Shown in pieces: positions 1 to 10,232 of a DNA stretch of 64,000 bases; position 1 is the first letter of the stretch, and each line of letters opens with the position of its first letter. This DNA comes from Verrucomicrobiia bacterium. Lineage in GTDB: Bacteria; Verrucomicrobiota; Verrucomicrobiia; Limisphaerales; UBA1319. The DNA is taken from positions 4,128,001 to 4,192,000 of the forward strand of contig OY760937.1 in NCBI GenBank assembly GCA_963664225.1, in the 5' to 3' direction. The notes under the pieces were generated by a model. That model did no database searches and was not told where the DNA came from. It saw nothing but the letters and a program-made list of their open reading frames with translations. Position numbers and translations under genes: made by a program.

Positions 1-286
1 GGAGTTGTTGGTCGAATTGATGGCCAAGATCAAAACGTTTCCTTTTGCCGACCCGAAGGCGCAAACACTGAGGCGGTTGTTGGGGGCGGGTTCCACGCAG
101 GTCACTTTGGACAAGGCGGGACGCATTTGTCTACCCCAGGAGATGGCCGATGCGGCTGGGATCTCGAAGGAAGCGGTGTTGAGCGGTTTGCTGGATCGTT
201 TTCAGATTTGGAGTCCGGAGAATTACGCGCAGGTCGAGGCGCAGGATAAGGCATTCAGGAGCGAGGCGTTCCTGTTACTGAGCTAA
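1..286 (+). CDS. mraZ: Division/cell-wall cluster transcriptional regulator MraZ (5' truncated by window edge)
   Basis: SpoVT/AbrB-type motif LDKAGRICLP...GLLDRFQIWSPE; first gene of dcw cluster. Confidence 0.9.
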   Translation, partial: ELLVELMAKIKTFPFADPKAQTLRRLLGAGSTQVTLDKAGRICLPQEMADAAGISKEAVLSGLLDRFQIWSPENYAQVEAQDKAFRSEAFLLLS

Positions 287-294
287 GGAATCTT

Positions 295-972
295 ATGAGT
301 CTGATGCAATTATTGACGGTGGGTCATAGTTTCATGGACGTGAAAAACGCCCCGAGTCCCTACCGGATCAACCGGCGGGGATTATTGCCGCGCTTCGATA
401 CGGTTCCCGTTGTCAAGGGGCCTGTGGCGGCGACGGAAACGGGGGTGGTTGCAGAGAATGCGGCGATTACAGAGAATTTTATCGAAGACAAACCGATGTT
501 GATGACGCCGGAAACGGGATTGATGGCTTCTGCTGCCTCAGAAGCAACGGTTCCGGCGTCATCTGCTCCCTTTGTTGAATCGGAGCCTGAAGCGCAGGTC
601 TTTGGAGGGACACTGGGTGCGGAACTGATGCGTCCGCGTGTGAAACTGCGTGAAGATTCATCCGGGGCTGTTCCGGGAACCGTGGTCGTCAAGAACGAGC
701 CGAAAGTCTTCAAGAAACTGGGTTTGGGGCGGCTTTATTGGCCGGCATGGATGTTTTCGAGCACGGTGGTGGAACCGAATCGGCGTCGCGGGACGCGGGG
801 TGCGAGTCGACAACCGGTGCGTGTGATGCGCAACTCGATGAGTTTGAGCGATGTGGAGATTGTGGCGGCTCCGTCCAGGAAGGCGGCGGGCGCGGGATGG
901 AAAACGATGCCGTTGCAGGCATGGAACTGGCTGACAGGAAGCTGGCGTGGCCGTGGTTCCAGGCGCGGATAG
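295..972 (+). CDS. Hypothetical protein inserted between mraZ and rsmH
   Basis: 225-aa ATG ORF filling the gap, 8 nt after the mraZ stop and 7 nt before the rsmH start; no recognised domain. Confidence 0.7.
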   Translation: MSLMQLLTVGHSFMDVKNAPSPYRINRRGLLPRFDTVPVVKGPVAATETGVVAENAAITENFIEDKPMLMTPETGLMASAASEATVPASSAPFVESEPEAQVFGGTLGAELMRPRVKLREDSSGAVPGTVVVKNEPKVFKKLGLGRLYWPAWMFSSTVVEPNRRRGTRGASRQPVRVMRNSMSLSDVEIVAAPSRKAAGAGWKTMPLQAWNWLTGSWRGRGSRRG

Positions 973-979
973 AGAACGA

Positions 980-1912
980 GTGTCGAATTTTGTCCATAAG
1001 CCGGTGTTGTTGGAGGAAGTGCTGGCGGCTCTCCAACCCGCAAGCGGAGGCCGGTTTCTTGATGGAACGGTTGGGGGCGGGGGGCATGCGCAGGGGATAT
1101 TGAGGGGTAGCGCGCCGGAAGGCTGGCTTTACGGGTGCGACCGGGATGAGACGGCGGTGAAGGCGGCGGAAGAACGGCTGGCGGAGTTTGCGGGGCGGTT
1201 CGAGATACGGCAGATGCGGTTCGATGAGGTGGGAAGCTGGATCGAACGGGGGACGTTGGATGGGGCGCTGCTGGATTTGGGGGTGAGTTCGCCGCAATTG
1301 GATGTTGGGGAGCGGGGGTTCAGTTTTCAGAGCGACGGTCCGCTGGACATGCGGATGGACCGGAGCCGGGGGATGACGGCGGCGGAGTTTTTGAGGACGG
1401 TGGAAGTGGAAGAGATGGCGCGGGTTTTCTGGGAGCTGGGCGGGGAGAGCGAGTCGAGGCGGCTGGCGCGGGAGATCGACCGGGTGCGCAGATCGTGCGC
1501 GCTGCAAACCACGCGACAGCTTGCGGCGTTGATAGAGCGGTGGAAGCCCCGACGCGGGGCGCGGTTGCATCCGGCGACGCAGATTTTTCAGGCGTTGCGG
1601 ATGGCGGTGAACGACGAGTTGGGGTGTTTGGAGCGCGGATTGGAAGTGGTCTGGGGTTGTTTGAAAGTGGGCGGACGCCTTGCAGTGATCACGTTTCACT
1701 CGGGCGAGGATCGGATGGTCAAGCAGTTCGGACGGTTGCGGGCGCGGGATTATACGGTGGATGGGCCGGTGGATGTTCCAGCGCTGCGTCGTCCAGCGGC
1801 GCCGGAGCTAAAAATTTTAACACGAAAAGCGATGAAGCCGGGCGAGGCCGAGGAGGCCGCGAACCCACGGGCGCGAAGCGCGCAGTTGCGGGTTTTTGAA
1901 AAGCTCGGGTGA
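980..1912 (+). CDS. rsmH: 16S rRNA m4C1402 methyltransferase RsmH
   Basis: HKPVLLEE, DGTVGGGGH, DLGVSSPQLD, PLDMRMD, HSGEDR, NPRARSAQLR; GTG start at 980 chosen. Confidence 0.97.
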   Translation: MSNFVHKPVLLEEVLAALQPASGGRFLDGTVGGGGHAQGILRGSAPEGWLYGCDRDETAVKAAEERLAEFAGRFEIRQMRFDEVGSWIERGTLDGALLDLGVSSPQLDVGERGFSFQSDGPLDMRMDRSRGMTAAEFLRTVEVEEMARVFWELGGESESRRLAREIDRVRRSCALQTTRQLAALIERWKPRRGARLHPATQIFQALRMAVNDELGCLERGLEVVWGCLKVGGRLAVITFHSGEDRMVKQFGRLRARDYTVDGPVDVPALRRPAAPELKILTRKAMKPGEAEEAANPRARSAQLRVFEKLG

Positions 1913-1949
1913 ATGCCCCAAACAGGGTGGTTAATCGAGGAAGCGGGTT

Positions 1950-2339
1950 ATGTCTCAAAACAGGAAAAGCCAGTCGGCCAGCGTGCGGTTAGGCACGGTA
2001 TTGCTGGTCATAATCATCATACTGTTCATCGGGGGTGGGGGTGTGGGCTTTGTGTGGCAGAAGAGGGAGATCGTCCAGATGTCGCAAAAAAAGCGCCTCA
2101 AAGAGAATCACCTGGAGGAGTTGCGGCGCGAGAATAAGATGCACCGGGACCGTCTGGATTATTTGCGTCTGCCCTGGGTGCTGGACGTGCGGGCCAGGGA
2201 ATTGAATCTGGGCCTTGCGCCGTGTCCGCTGGAGCAGGTGGTCCGGCTCAACGAGCCTGTGTCCGGGAACAGCTCGACAACTAATACCGCAGCGGGATTG
2301 CTCGCGCGACGGTCCGCGCCCGGAATCGAAGTTCACTAG
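1950..2339 (+). CDS. ftsL: Cell division protein FtsL-like
   Basis: Short cytoplasmic tail, one TM helix, coiled coil, ARELNLGL; lies between rsmH and ftsI. Confidence 0.75.
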   Translation: MSQNRKSQSASVRLGTVLLVIIIILFIGGGGVGFVWQKREIVQMSQKKRLKENHLEELRRENKMHRDRLDYLRLPWVLDVRARELNLGLAPCPLEQVVRLNEPVSGNSSTTNTAAGLLARRSAPGIEVH

Positions 2340-2420
2340 AAAATTCGCCGGTTCCCCGGCATTTCTCCAAAACAACGTGAAATTTCATCGGAGTCGTCTC
2401 TTGATTTTGCCGACGCAAGT

Positions 2421-4409
2421 ATGAGAAAGCCATTCCAGAAAAAAATACTGTGGTGGATGATGGGCGCGCTGATCGGCGGCTTTGTGGGGCTGGGCTATCG
2501 CCTGGTCGATTTGCAGTTGCTGCAGCATGTGGAGTTGGGGGAGATCGCGCAAAGCAACACGCGCCATGCCTATTATCTGGTGGCTCCAAGAGGGGATATC
2601 CGCGATTGCAACGGCAATCTGCTGGCGACCAGCAAGCTGGTCAAGACGGTGTGCGCCGATCCGACGCTGGTCAGCAATGAGCATGTGGGAAACCGCCAGG
2701 CGGAGGTCGCACAGGTGCTGTCGCCAATACTCCAGATGAGCGAAGCCGAGCTGGCCAGGCTGCTACAGACGCGGATGCTCACGAACAAGGCCGGGAAGAT
2801 GGTTCCCGATCAATATGTGGTGCTCAAGCGCAAGGTCAGCCAGGAGGATTGGCAGCGTTTGACCAACGCGATGTGCAAAATCAATCTGGGAATGGACGAC
2901 AAGAGCCGGCCTGTCAAGGATCGTTATGAATACCAGAGCCTGAGAGCGCGGGCGATTTATTCGGAGGACGATCAATTGCGGGTGTATCCCAATAAAAGCC
3001 GCGCGGCCCATGTGCTGGGTTATGTGGGCACGGCGATTGACCTGCAGTCTTCGAACCTGCTGGTGTCCGCCGAGGCGGCCAAGGGCGGATCCATTGCGAC
3101 ACCGGAGGCCAGGAAGAACGATGGGGATCTGAATATGCGGCGTCCGGTTGGGGTGGAGGGCAAGGACGGTGTGGAAAAGACGCTGGAAGACGCGCTCAAG
3201 GGGGTGCCGGGCTGGAGGGCGACCGAGTTGGACATGAGGCGGCGGGAGATGGTGGCGTTCCGCGATCAGGACGTTCCGGCGCGACCGGGGCTGACGGCGA
3301 CGCTGACGCTGGATTTGGGCTTGCAGGAAATTCTGGAAACCGAGCTGGCGGTTGCGGCTCAAAAGCATTCGCCGGTGAGCATTTCCGGCATGATTATTCG
3401 GCCTTCCACGGGCGAGATTCTCGCCATGGCCACACTGCCGAACTTCGATCCAAATAATCCCGGCGCCTTCGATCCGAATGTGCGCCGCAACCGCGTGATC
3501 ACGGATTTGGCCGAGCCGGGTTCCACGTACAAGATTGTGGTTGTGACAGGGGCGCTCAATGAGAAGAAGGTGACGCTGGGGGATTTATTCGATTGTGAAC
3601 AGGGCCACTTTATCTATGCGGGGCGCCTGCTCAGGGATCACGTCCGTTACGGGGTGCTTTCGGTGGAACAGATCATCACCAAGTCCTCAAACATTGGCGC
3701 GGCCAAGATTGGCATAAAAATGGGGCCGGATTTGCTCTATCAATATGAGCGGGCCTTTGGGTTTGGCGAGAGGACTGGCATCGATCTGCCCGGAGAGCGC
3801 ATTGGCTTGGTGTATGCGCCGGAGCACTGGACCAAACTTTCGATTTCCCGAATTCCGATGGGACAGGAGGTGGCGGTCACACCGCTTCAAATGGTGATGG
3901 CGATGAGCGCGATTGCCAACGGCGGCAAGTTGATGCGCCCGTGGATCGTGAAACGTCTCGAGGATGAAAGCGGCAAGTTGGTGCAGCAATACGAACCGCA
4001 GATGGTCCGACAGGTTTGTTTGGAGGCGACCGCACGGCAAATGGTTACGGCGTTGAAAACCGTTGCCGCGACCAATGGCACGGCACCCCAGGCGCAATTG
4101 GATAATTATATTGTGGCCGGAAAAACGGGAACGGCACAGAAATCTGGCGGCAAGCTCGGGTATTTGCCGGGGAAATACTTCTCATCCTTCATCGGTTTTT
4201 TTCCGGCGGACCGTCCGGAGCTGTGCATATCCGTGGTGATGGACGAGCCGCGCAACGGTTATTATGGCGGGCAGGCCGCGGCGCCTTGTTTTCATAACAT
4301 CGGGGAGCGGGCCGCCAAGTATTTGAGCATTCGTCCCGATTCGCTGCCTGTGGATGTCATGGCGATGCCGCTGCGGACGAACCGGTTGACGACAGTGCGC
4401 GCAAGGTGA
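2421..4409 (+). CDS. ftsI: Class B penicillin-binding protein FtsI/PBP3
   Basis: N-terminal TM, RGDIRD, RVYP, GSTYK (SxxK), SSN, KTGT. Confidence 0.93.
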   Translation: MRKPFQKKILWWMMGALIGGFVGLGYRLVDLQLLQHVELGEIAQSNTRHAYYLVAPRGDIRDCNGNLLATSKLVKTVCADPTLVSNEHVGNRQAEVAQVLSPILQMSEAELARLLQTRMLTNKAGKMVPDQYVVLKRKVSQEDWQRLTNAMCKINLGMDDKSRPVKDRYEYQSLRARAIYSEDDQLRVYPNKSRAAHVLGYVGTAIDLQSSNLLVSAEAAKGGSIATPEARKNDGDLNMRRPVGVEGKDGVEKTLEDALKGVPGWRATELDMRRREMVAFRDQDVPARPGLTATLTLDLGLQEILETELAVAAQKHSPVSISGMIIRPSTGEILAMATLPNFDPNNPGAFDPNVRRNRVITDLAEPGSTYKIVVVTGALNEKKVTLGDLFDCEQGHFIYAGRLLRDHVRYGVLSVEQIITKSSNIGAAKIGIKMGPDLLYQYERAFGFGERTGIDLPGERIGLVYAPEHWTKLSISRIPMGQEVAVTPLQMVMAMSAIANGGKLMRPWIVKRLEDESGKLVQQYEPQMVRQVCLEATARQMVTALKTVAATNGTAPQAQLDNYIVAGKTGTAQKSGGKLGYLPGKYFSSFIGFFPADRPELCISVVMDEPRNGYYGGQAAAPCFHNIGERAAKYLSIRPDSLPVDVMAMPLRTNRLTTVRAR

Positions 4410-4464
4410 ATGTTAAATCAGGGGTCATGGGATTGACCGAGGGTGGGGGGAGAGTGAAGTTGAC

Positions 4465-5985
4465 ATGTTGTTAAGTCAGATCATAGCGCAAGTCAAGACC
4501 TTGCATGTGGAGGGGGCATTGGACCGCGAGGTCACGGGGATCACTTATGATTCGCGGCGGGTGACCCCGGGGATGCTCTTTGTGGCGGTGCCCGGCCAGC
4601 ATGTCGATGGGCACGATTATGTGCTGAACGCGGTCGATCGGGGCGCGGTGGCGGTGATTTGCCAGCGCAACGGATTCATCCAGCAGCGGGCCACGAAGAT
4701 CATGGTGGCCGATGCCCGGGAGGCGCTGGCGCAAGTGGCGGCGGCGTTTTACCAGTATCCGGCGGGGAAACTGAAAATGATCGGGATCACGGGCACGAAT
4801 GGGAAGACCACGGTGGCGTTCATGATCAAGCATGTGCTGGAGAGTGCCGGGGTGACGACCGGGCTGCTGGGCACCATTCGTTATGAGATCGGGGAAAGGG
4901 TGATTCCGGCGCAGCGCACAACGCCTGAGTCGCTGGATATTCATCAGATGCTTGCGCACATGGTCCGGTCGGGCTGCAAGGCGTGCGTGATGGAGGTCAG
5001 TTCGCATGCGCTCGAGCAGAAACGGGTGTTCGGACTGGATTTCGATGTTTCGATTTTCACGAACCTGACTCAGGACCACCTGGATTATCACGGCGACATG
5101 GAGTCGTATTACATGGCCAAGAAGAAACTCTTCAGCGGCGATGCCGGGGCGTCCCCGGGCAAGTCCAAGGCGTCGGTGATCAATATCGACGATACGTTTG
5201 GGGCGCGGCTGGCGGCGGAGACCGATGCGCAGGTTCGGGTGGAATACGGGATTGAGAAGGAGGCGGCTGTTCGAGCCACACAAATTCAACTGCGGGCGGA
5301 CTGCACTCAGATGACCGTTGGAACGCCGAAGCAGAACTTTACCTGCAAGCTGCCGTTGATCGGTCGTCACAATGTCTATAACGCTCTGGCGGCCGTGGGG
5401 GCGAGCCTGGCGCTGGATGTGGCGCCGAGCGTGATTCAGAAGGCGCTGAGTTCAGTCCCGGCGGTGCCCGGACGCCTGGAGCGGATTGTGTGCGGGCAGC
5501 CGTTTGTGGTGCTGGTGGATTACGCGCACACGGATGACGCGTTGCGCAACGTGCTGACGACATTGCGCGAGATCACCAAGGGGCGGCTGTTGCTGGTGTT
5601 TGGTTGCGGCGGCAGCAGGGACAAGGGCAAACGGCCCAAGATGGGGCGTGTGGCGGCGGAATTGGCGGATGTTGCGGTGATCACGAGCGATAATCCGCGC
5701 AAGGAATCGGCGGCGGATATCGCCAGCCAGATTCAAGCGGGCTACCACGCCGTTCACGGAACAGATTGCCAGATTGAATTGGACCGTCGCCGCGCGATCG
5801 ACGAGGTCATCCGCATGGCCCAGCCTGGCGACACAGTGCTGATTGCGGGCAAGGGGCATGAGACTTACCAGGAATTTGAGGATACGGTGGTGCCCTTCGA
5901 TGACCGCGCGCATGCGGAGGAAACCTTGGAGGCGCTGGGATTCAGCAGCGCGCGCGGACGCAAGCAGACCACCGGCAGCCGTTGA
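4465..5985 (+). CDS. murE: UDP-MurNAc-Ala-Glu--meso-DAP ligase
   Basis: GITGTNGKTT, MEVSSH, DHLDYH, DYAHT, DNPR (DAP-specific), GKGHE. Confidence 0.97.
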   Translation: MLLSQIIAQVKTLHVEGALDREVTGITYDSRRVTPGMLFVAVPGQHVDGHDYVLNAVDRGAVAVICQRNGFIQQRATKIMVADAREALAQVAAAFYQYPAGKLKMIGITGTNGKTTVAFMIKHVLESAGVTTGLLGTIRYEIGERVIPAQRTTPESLDIHQMLAHMVRSGCKACVMEVSSHALEQKRVFGLDFDVSIFTNLTQDHLDYHGDMESYYMAKKKLFSGDAGASPGKSKASVINIDDTFGARLAAETDAQVRVEYGIEKEAAVRATQIQLRADCTQMTVGTPKQNFTCKLPLIGRHNVYNALAAVGASLALDVAPSVIQKALSSVPAVPGRLERIVCGQPFVVLVDYAHTDDALRNVLTTLREITKGRLLLVFGCGGSRDKGKRPKMGRVAAELADVAVITSDNPRKESAADIASQIQAGYHAVHGTDCQIELDRRRAIDEVIRMAQPGDTVLIAGKGHETYQEFEDTVVPFDDRAHAEETLEALGFSSARGRKQTTGSR

Positions 5986-6022
5986 TTCGATTCGGCAGAT
6001 TTCCGATTTTCATTGACCCATT

Positions 6023-7426
6023 GTGGAGGAACGCCCGCTTTCATTTTTTGTCAAGGCCTGCCAGGGGGAGCTGGTTGGAGCGCAGCCTGAAACCGTCGTG
6101 CGCCGGGTGAGCACGGATTCCAGGTCTGTTCAGGCGGGGGATTTGTTTGTGGCGATCCCCGGAGATCGTTTTGACGGGCATGGTTACGTGGCGCAGGCGC
6201 TTGCGCAAGGGGCGGTTTGCGCGGTGGTGGAACGCCGCGCGCTGGGGCAGTGGCCGGGGATGGCGGCGGCGAATCTTCTGGTGGTTGAGAAAACCCGCCA
6301 GGCCCTCGGCCTGATGGCGGCGGAATACCGGCTCGGATTCGAGTTGCCGGTGGTGGCCGTGGGCGGGTCCAACGGCAAGACCACGACCAAGGAATTGCTG
6401 GCGTCGGTGTTGCGGCAGAGGTGGAGCGTGCTGTGGAGCGAGGCGAGTTTCAATAATGAGATAGGGGTGCCGGTGACCTTGTTGAAATTGGAACGGGCGC
6501 ATGGGGCGGCGGTATTGGAAGCGGGAACCAATCATCCCGGGGAACTGGCGCCATTGCTGCGCATGATCCAGCCGCGATACGGTGTTCTGACCAGCATAGG
6601 CCGGGAACATCTGGAATTTTTCGGGGATCTGGATGGGGTGGCTCTCGAAGAGGGCTGGGTGGGCGAAGCGCTTCCGGCGGACGGGACGCTGTTCATCAAT
6701 GGAGATTGCGCCGGGGTGGAGCCCATATTGAAGAGAACGCGTGCGGCGATCACGCGGATTGGTTTTAACGCGGGAAACGACTGGTGTGTGCGGGGTTTGA
6801 AAATGGACGCCGCAGGGGTGGTGTTTCATCTGGATGCGCCGGACGCGCAATGGACCGGTGAGTATTTCGTGCCGTTGCCGGGGCGGCACCAGGCGACCAA
6901 TGCGGCGCTGGCCATCGCGGTTGCGGCGCTTCTGGGACTGACGCGGGAGCAAATCCAGCGTGGTTTGACGGCCTGTCCGCCGCCAAAGATGCGGATGCAG
7001 GTTCGGGAGTGGGATGGGGTGAAGATTTTGGACGATGCTTATAACGCCAACGCCGATTCGATGGTTGCGGCGCTGCATACGCTTGGCGACATGGAGTGCT
7101 CCGGGCGACGGGTGGCGGTGCTGGGGGATATGGCGGAACTGGGCCCACATAGCCGGGCGGCGCATGTGGAGATTGGCCGGGTGGCCGGGGAATGCCGTTT
7201 GGACGCGGTGATTGCGGTGGGTCAGTGGGCTGGGATCGTGACGGCGGAGGCGGGGCGGGCGGGGGTGGGAACGACCATGGCGCTGCAAACGGTGGAAGAG
7301 GCGGGGGCTGCAGCCAAAGAGTTTGCGCGATCCGGCGATCTGGTTTTGTTCAAGGCTTCGCGGGCCCTGCGGATGGAGCGCGCGTCGGCGTTTCTGAATT
7401 CGAACAGCGGGTTGGAGGGGCATTGA
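6023..7426 (+). CDS. murF: UDP-MurNAc-tripeptide--D-Ala-D-Ala ligase
   Basis: TDSR, GSNGKTTTKE, FNNEIGVP, DDAYNAN, LGDMAELG, FKASR. Confidence 0.97.
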   Translation: MEERPLSFFVKACQGELVGAQPETVVRRVSTDSRSVQAGDLFVAIPGDRFDGHGYVAQALAQGAVCAVVERRALGQWPGMAAANLLVVEKTRQALGLMAAEYRLGFELPVVAVGGSNGKTTTKELLASVLRQRWSVLWSEASFNNEIGVPVTLLKLERAHGAAVLEAGTNHPGELAPLLRMIQPRYGVLTSIGREHLEFFGDLDGVALEEGWVGEALPADGTLFINGDCAGVEPILKRTRAAITRIGFNAGNDWCVRGLKMDAAGVVFHLDAPDAQWTGEYFVPLPGRHQATNAALAIAVAALLGLTREQIQRGLTACPPPKMRMQVREWDGVKILDDAYNANADSMVAALHTLGDMECSGRRVAVLGDMAELGPHSRAAHVEIGRVAGECRLDAVIAVGQWAGIVTAEAGRAGVGTTMALQTVEEAGAAAKEFARSGDLVLFKASRALRMERASAFLNSNSGLEGH

Positions 7427-7524
7427 GCTCACTGAACCGGCGATGCATGGAGTTTGAAGAGCGCCCGAGAAGAATTTTTATGGGTTATACTGGAGTGTTA
7501 CTTTCATAGTCAGCGAGACCGGGT

Positions 7525-8673
7525 GTGTTTTATTATTTAAGCCAGTTTTTGTTGGAGCAGTATGCCGGGACGGAGTGGGCGGAGTATCTGGGACCGCTGC
7601 GGATGTTCAAGTACATCGCGTTTCGTTGCGCGGCGGCGGCCGTGACGGCGCTGCTGATGAGTTGGTGGCTGGGGCCCAAAGTCATCCGCTGGCTCACTCG
7701 GCTGAAACTCGGCCAGGAATACAAGGACAAGGCCGCCGAGGCGGGAGGTCTGTCCGCGCGCATTCTTGAGAAAAAGGGAACGCCCACCATGGGCGGAGTG
7801 TTGATTGTGCTGGTGCTGGACACCGTGGCGCTGATGTGGGCTCAATGGAATGCGCTGTTGATTTTGACCCTGCTTTCCGTGGTGGTGCTTACCGGCCTGG
7901 GTTTTTACGATGATTTCATGAAGATCACGCGCCAAAACAACAGGGGCGTGACCTCGGCCGTGAAGATGTTTGTGCAGTTTCTGCTGGCGGGGATCATCGC
8001 AGTCTATTTGTGGCATGTGCCAGCAACCAGCAATCTGATCACAGACATCATGGTGCCGTTTTACAAATATCCGGTGTTGACGGGCGCCGCGGGGGTGGGT
8101 CTGGTCATCACGGTTTTGAGCATCGTGGGAAGCTCCAATGCGGTGAATCTGACCGATGGACTGGACGGTCTGGCGATTGGATGCACGCTGATAGTGTCGT
8201 TCGTGTTTCTGGTGCTGACCTATGTGGCGGGCAACGAGAAGGTCGCGGGTTACCTGCTTGTGCCTTATGTTCCGGGGGCGGGGGAATTGACGGTGTTTTG
8301 CTCGGCAATGATTGGGGCGGGGCTGGGTTTTTTGTGGTTCAACTGCCATCCGGCGCAGGTGTTCATGGGGGACACGGGATCGCTGGCGCTGGGGGGCGCG
8401 TTGGGGATCATGGCAGTTCTGATCCATCAGCCACTGGTGCTGGTGATTGCGGGGGGAGTGTTTGTGGCGGAGGCGGCTTCGGTGATGATGCAAACGGGCT
8501 GGTTCAAGTTCACCCGGTGGCGGTATGGGGAGGGTCGGCGTATTTTTTTGATGGCCCCGCTGCATCATCATTTTGAGAAAATGGGCTGGTATGAGAGTCA
8601 GGTCGTGACGCGTTTTTACATCTTGTGCATCCTGTGCGCCGTCGTAGCCTTGAGCACTTTAAAAATCAGATGA
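7525..8673 (+). CDS. mraY: Phospho-MurNAc-pentapeptide transferase
   Basis: KKGTPTMGG, NAVNLTDGLDGL, FMGDTGS, APLHHHFE. Confidence 0.98.
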   Translation: MFYYLSQFLLEQYAGTEWAEYLGPLRMFKYIAFRCAAAAVTALLMSWWLGPKVIRWLTRLKLGQEYKDKAAEAGGLSARILEKKGTPTMGGVLIVLVLDTVALMWAQWNALLILTLLSVVVLTGLGFYDDFMKITRQNNRGVTSAVKMFVQFLLAGIIAVYLWHVPATSNLITDIMVPFYKYPVLTGAAGVGLVITVLSIVGSSNAVNLTDGLDGLAIGCTLIVSFVFLVLTYVAGNEKVAGYLLVPYVPGAGELTVFCSAMIGAGLGFLWFNCHPAQVFMGDTGSLALGGALGIMAVLIHQPLVLVIAGGVFVAEAASVMMQTGWFKFTRWRYGEGRRIFLMAPLHHHFEKMGWYESQVVTRFYILCILCAVVALSTLKIR

Positions 8674-10133
8674 GCACAGAAGTTCAAAATGAGACGCAGG
8701 GGCCTATGAGCCTATGGAAGCAACGCCGGGTGTTGGTGCTGGGGTTGGGTGCGAGCGGGGTGGCGGCGACGGAGTTGCTGTTGCGCGCGGGAGCGCGTGT
8801 GACGGTGGCGGATCGCGGGAATAATCCCGGTCTCGAAACGCATGCGCAGGCTTTGCGCGGGCGGGGCGCGGAGGTGACTCTGGGGGGTGGCGAGCTGGCA
8901 CCGGACGGAATTTTTGACCTTTGTGTGGTGAGCCCGGGGGTGCCATGCGCGGGGCCGTGGGTGACGGCATTGCGCCAGCGCGGGGTGCCGATCATCGGCG
9001 AATTGGAGTTGGGATATCAATTTTCCTTGTGTCCCAGTATTGCGATCACGGGGACGAATGGAAAAACCACGACAACCGAATTAATCGAGCGGATTCTTTT
9101 GCACACGAACCGCAAGGCGGTGGCCGCAGGGAATATTGGTCTGCCGTTAAGCCAGGTGGCGGAGAAAACGAAGGATTTGGACATACTGGCCCTGGAAGTC
9201 AGTTCGTTCCAATTGGAGACGATTGAATTTTTCCGGCCCACGGTGGCGATTTTGTTGAACATCACACCGGATCACCTGGATCGGTATCCGAGCATGGTGG
9301 AATATACGCGGGCCAAGGCGCGTATCTTCATGAACCAGCAGAGTTTCGACTGGGCGATCATTCAGAAGGAGGCGCTTAACCAGTTGGAGGCGTTGGGAAT
9401 CGAGGTGCCTTCCAAGGTCATCACGTTTAGTGCGAACGATCCCACTGCGGACATCACGCTGGACCGGGGGTTGCTGATCAGCAGGATACCGGATTGGGCC
9501 GGGCCGCTGATGGACATGGACCAGGCGAAATTGCGCGGACCGCATAACGCGGAGAATTTGATGGCGGCCCTGGCGGCGGGGCGCGTCATGCGTCTGCCCC
9601 TGGCGGAAGTGGCGTCGGCGCTGCGCAGTTACACACCGGCGCGGCATCGGTGCGAGCTGGTGGCCGAGGTGGGAGGGGTGAAATTCATAAACGATTCCAA
9701 GGCAACGAACGTGGACGCGGTGCAGAAGGCGCTTTTGACGATACAACGGGCGCCTGCGGACAAGCCGAATATCTGGCTGATTGCCGGGGGCAAAGATAAG
9801 GGGTTCAGCTATCACGAATTGGGGCCGTATCTGGCGCAACGAGTCAAGGGGGCTTTTCTGATCGGGGAGACCCGGGAGCAGATTCGGGCGGCCTGGAGCC
9901 TCTTTACCCCTTGCACCCTGATGAATTCGCTGTTAGAAGCTGTGAATGAAGCGGCCCGCCAGGCTCAGCCAGGCGAGGTTGTCCTGCTTTCACCGGCGTG
10001 CTCCAGCTTTGACATGTTTCAAAACTACCAGCACCGGGGGGAAGTGTTTCGTGAGGTGGTCCACGCATGGGCCGCCGCCCATGGGGGCGTTCCGGGCGAT
10101 GTCGCCCGGCAGGATGAAAAGAAGATAAACTGA
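8670..10133 (+). CDS. murD: UDP-MurNAc-Ala--D-Glu ligase
   Basis: GLGASG, SPGVP, TGTNGKTTT, LEVSSFQL, NDSKATN, LSPACSSFD; ATGA overlap with the mraY stop. Confidence 0.97.
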   Translation: MSTEVQNETQGPMSLWKQRRVLVLGLGASGVAATELLLRAGARVTVADRGNNPGLETHAQALRGRGAEVTLGGGELAPDGIFDLCVVSPGVPCAGPWVTALRQRGVPIIGELELGYQFSLCPSIAITGTNGKTTTTELIERILLHTNRKAVAAGNIGLPLSQVAEKTKDLDILALEVSSFQLETIEFFRPTVAILLNITPDHLDRYPSMVEYTRAKARIFMNQQSFDWAIIQKEALNQLEALGIEVPSKVITFSANDPTADITLDRGLLISRIPDWAGPLMDMDQAKLRGPHNAENLMAALAAGRVMRLPLAEVASALRSYTPARHRCELVAEVGGVKFINDSKATNVDAVQKALLTIQRAPADKPNIWLIAGGKDKGFSYHELGPYLAQRVKGAFLIGETREQIRAAWSLFTPCTLMNSLLEAVNEAARQAQPGEVVLLSPACSSFDMFQNYQHRGEVFREVVHAWAAAHGGVPGDVARQDEKKIN

Positions 10134-10232
10134 AGCATAGAATTTGATTTTAGGGACGCCGGGGTTCCGACGGCCTTAGAGAATGACCCAGCAACAAAAA
10201 CACATAACACGCCACTTGTGGCGCACTGAAGA

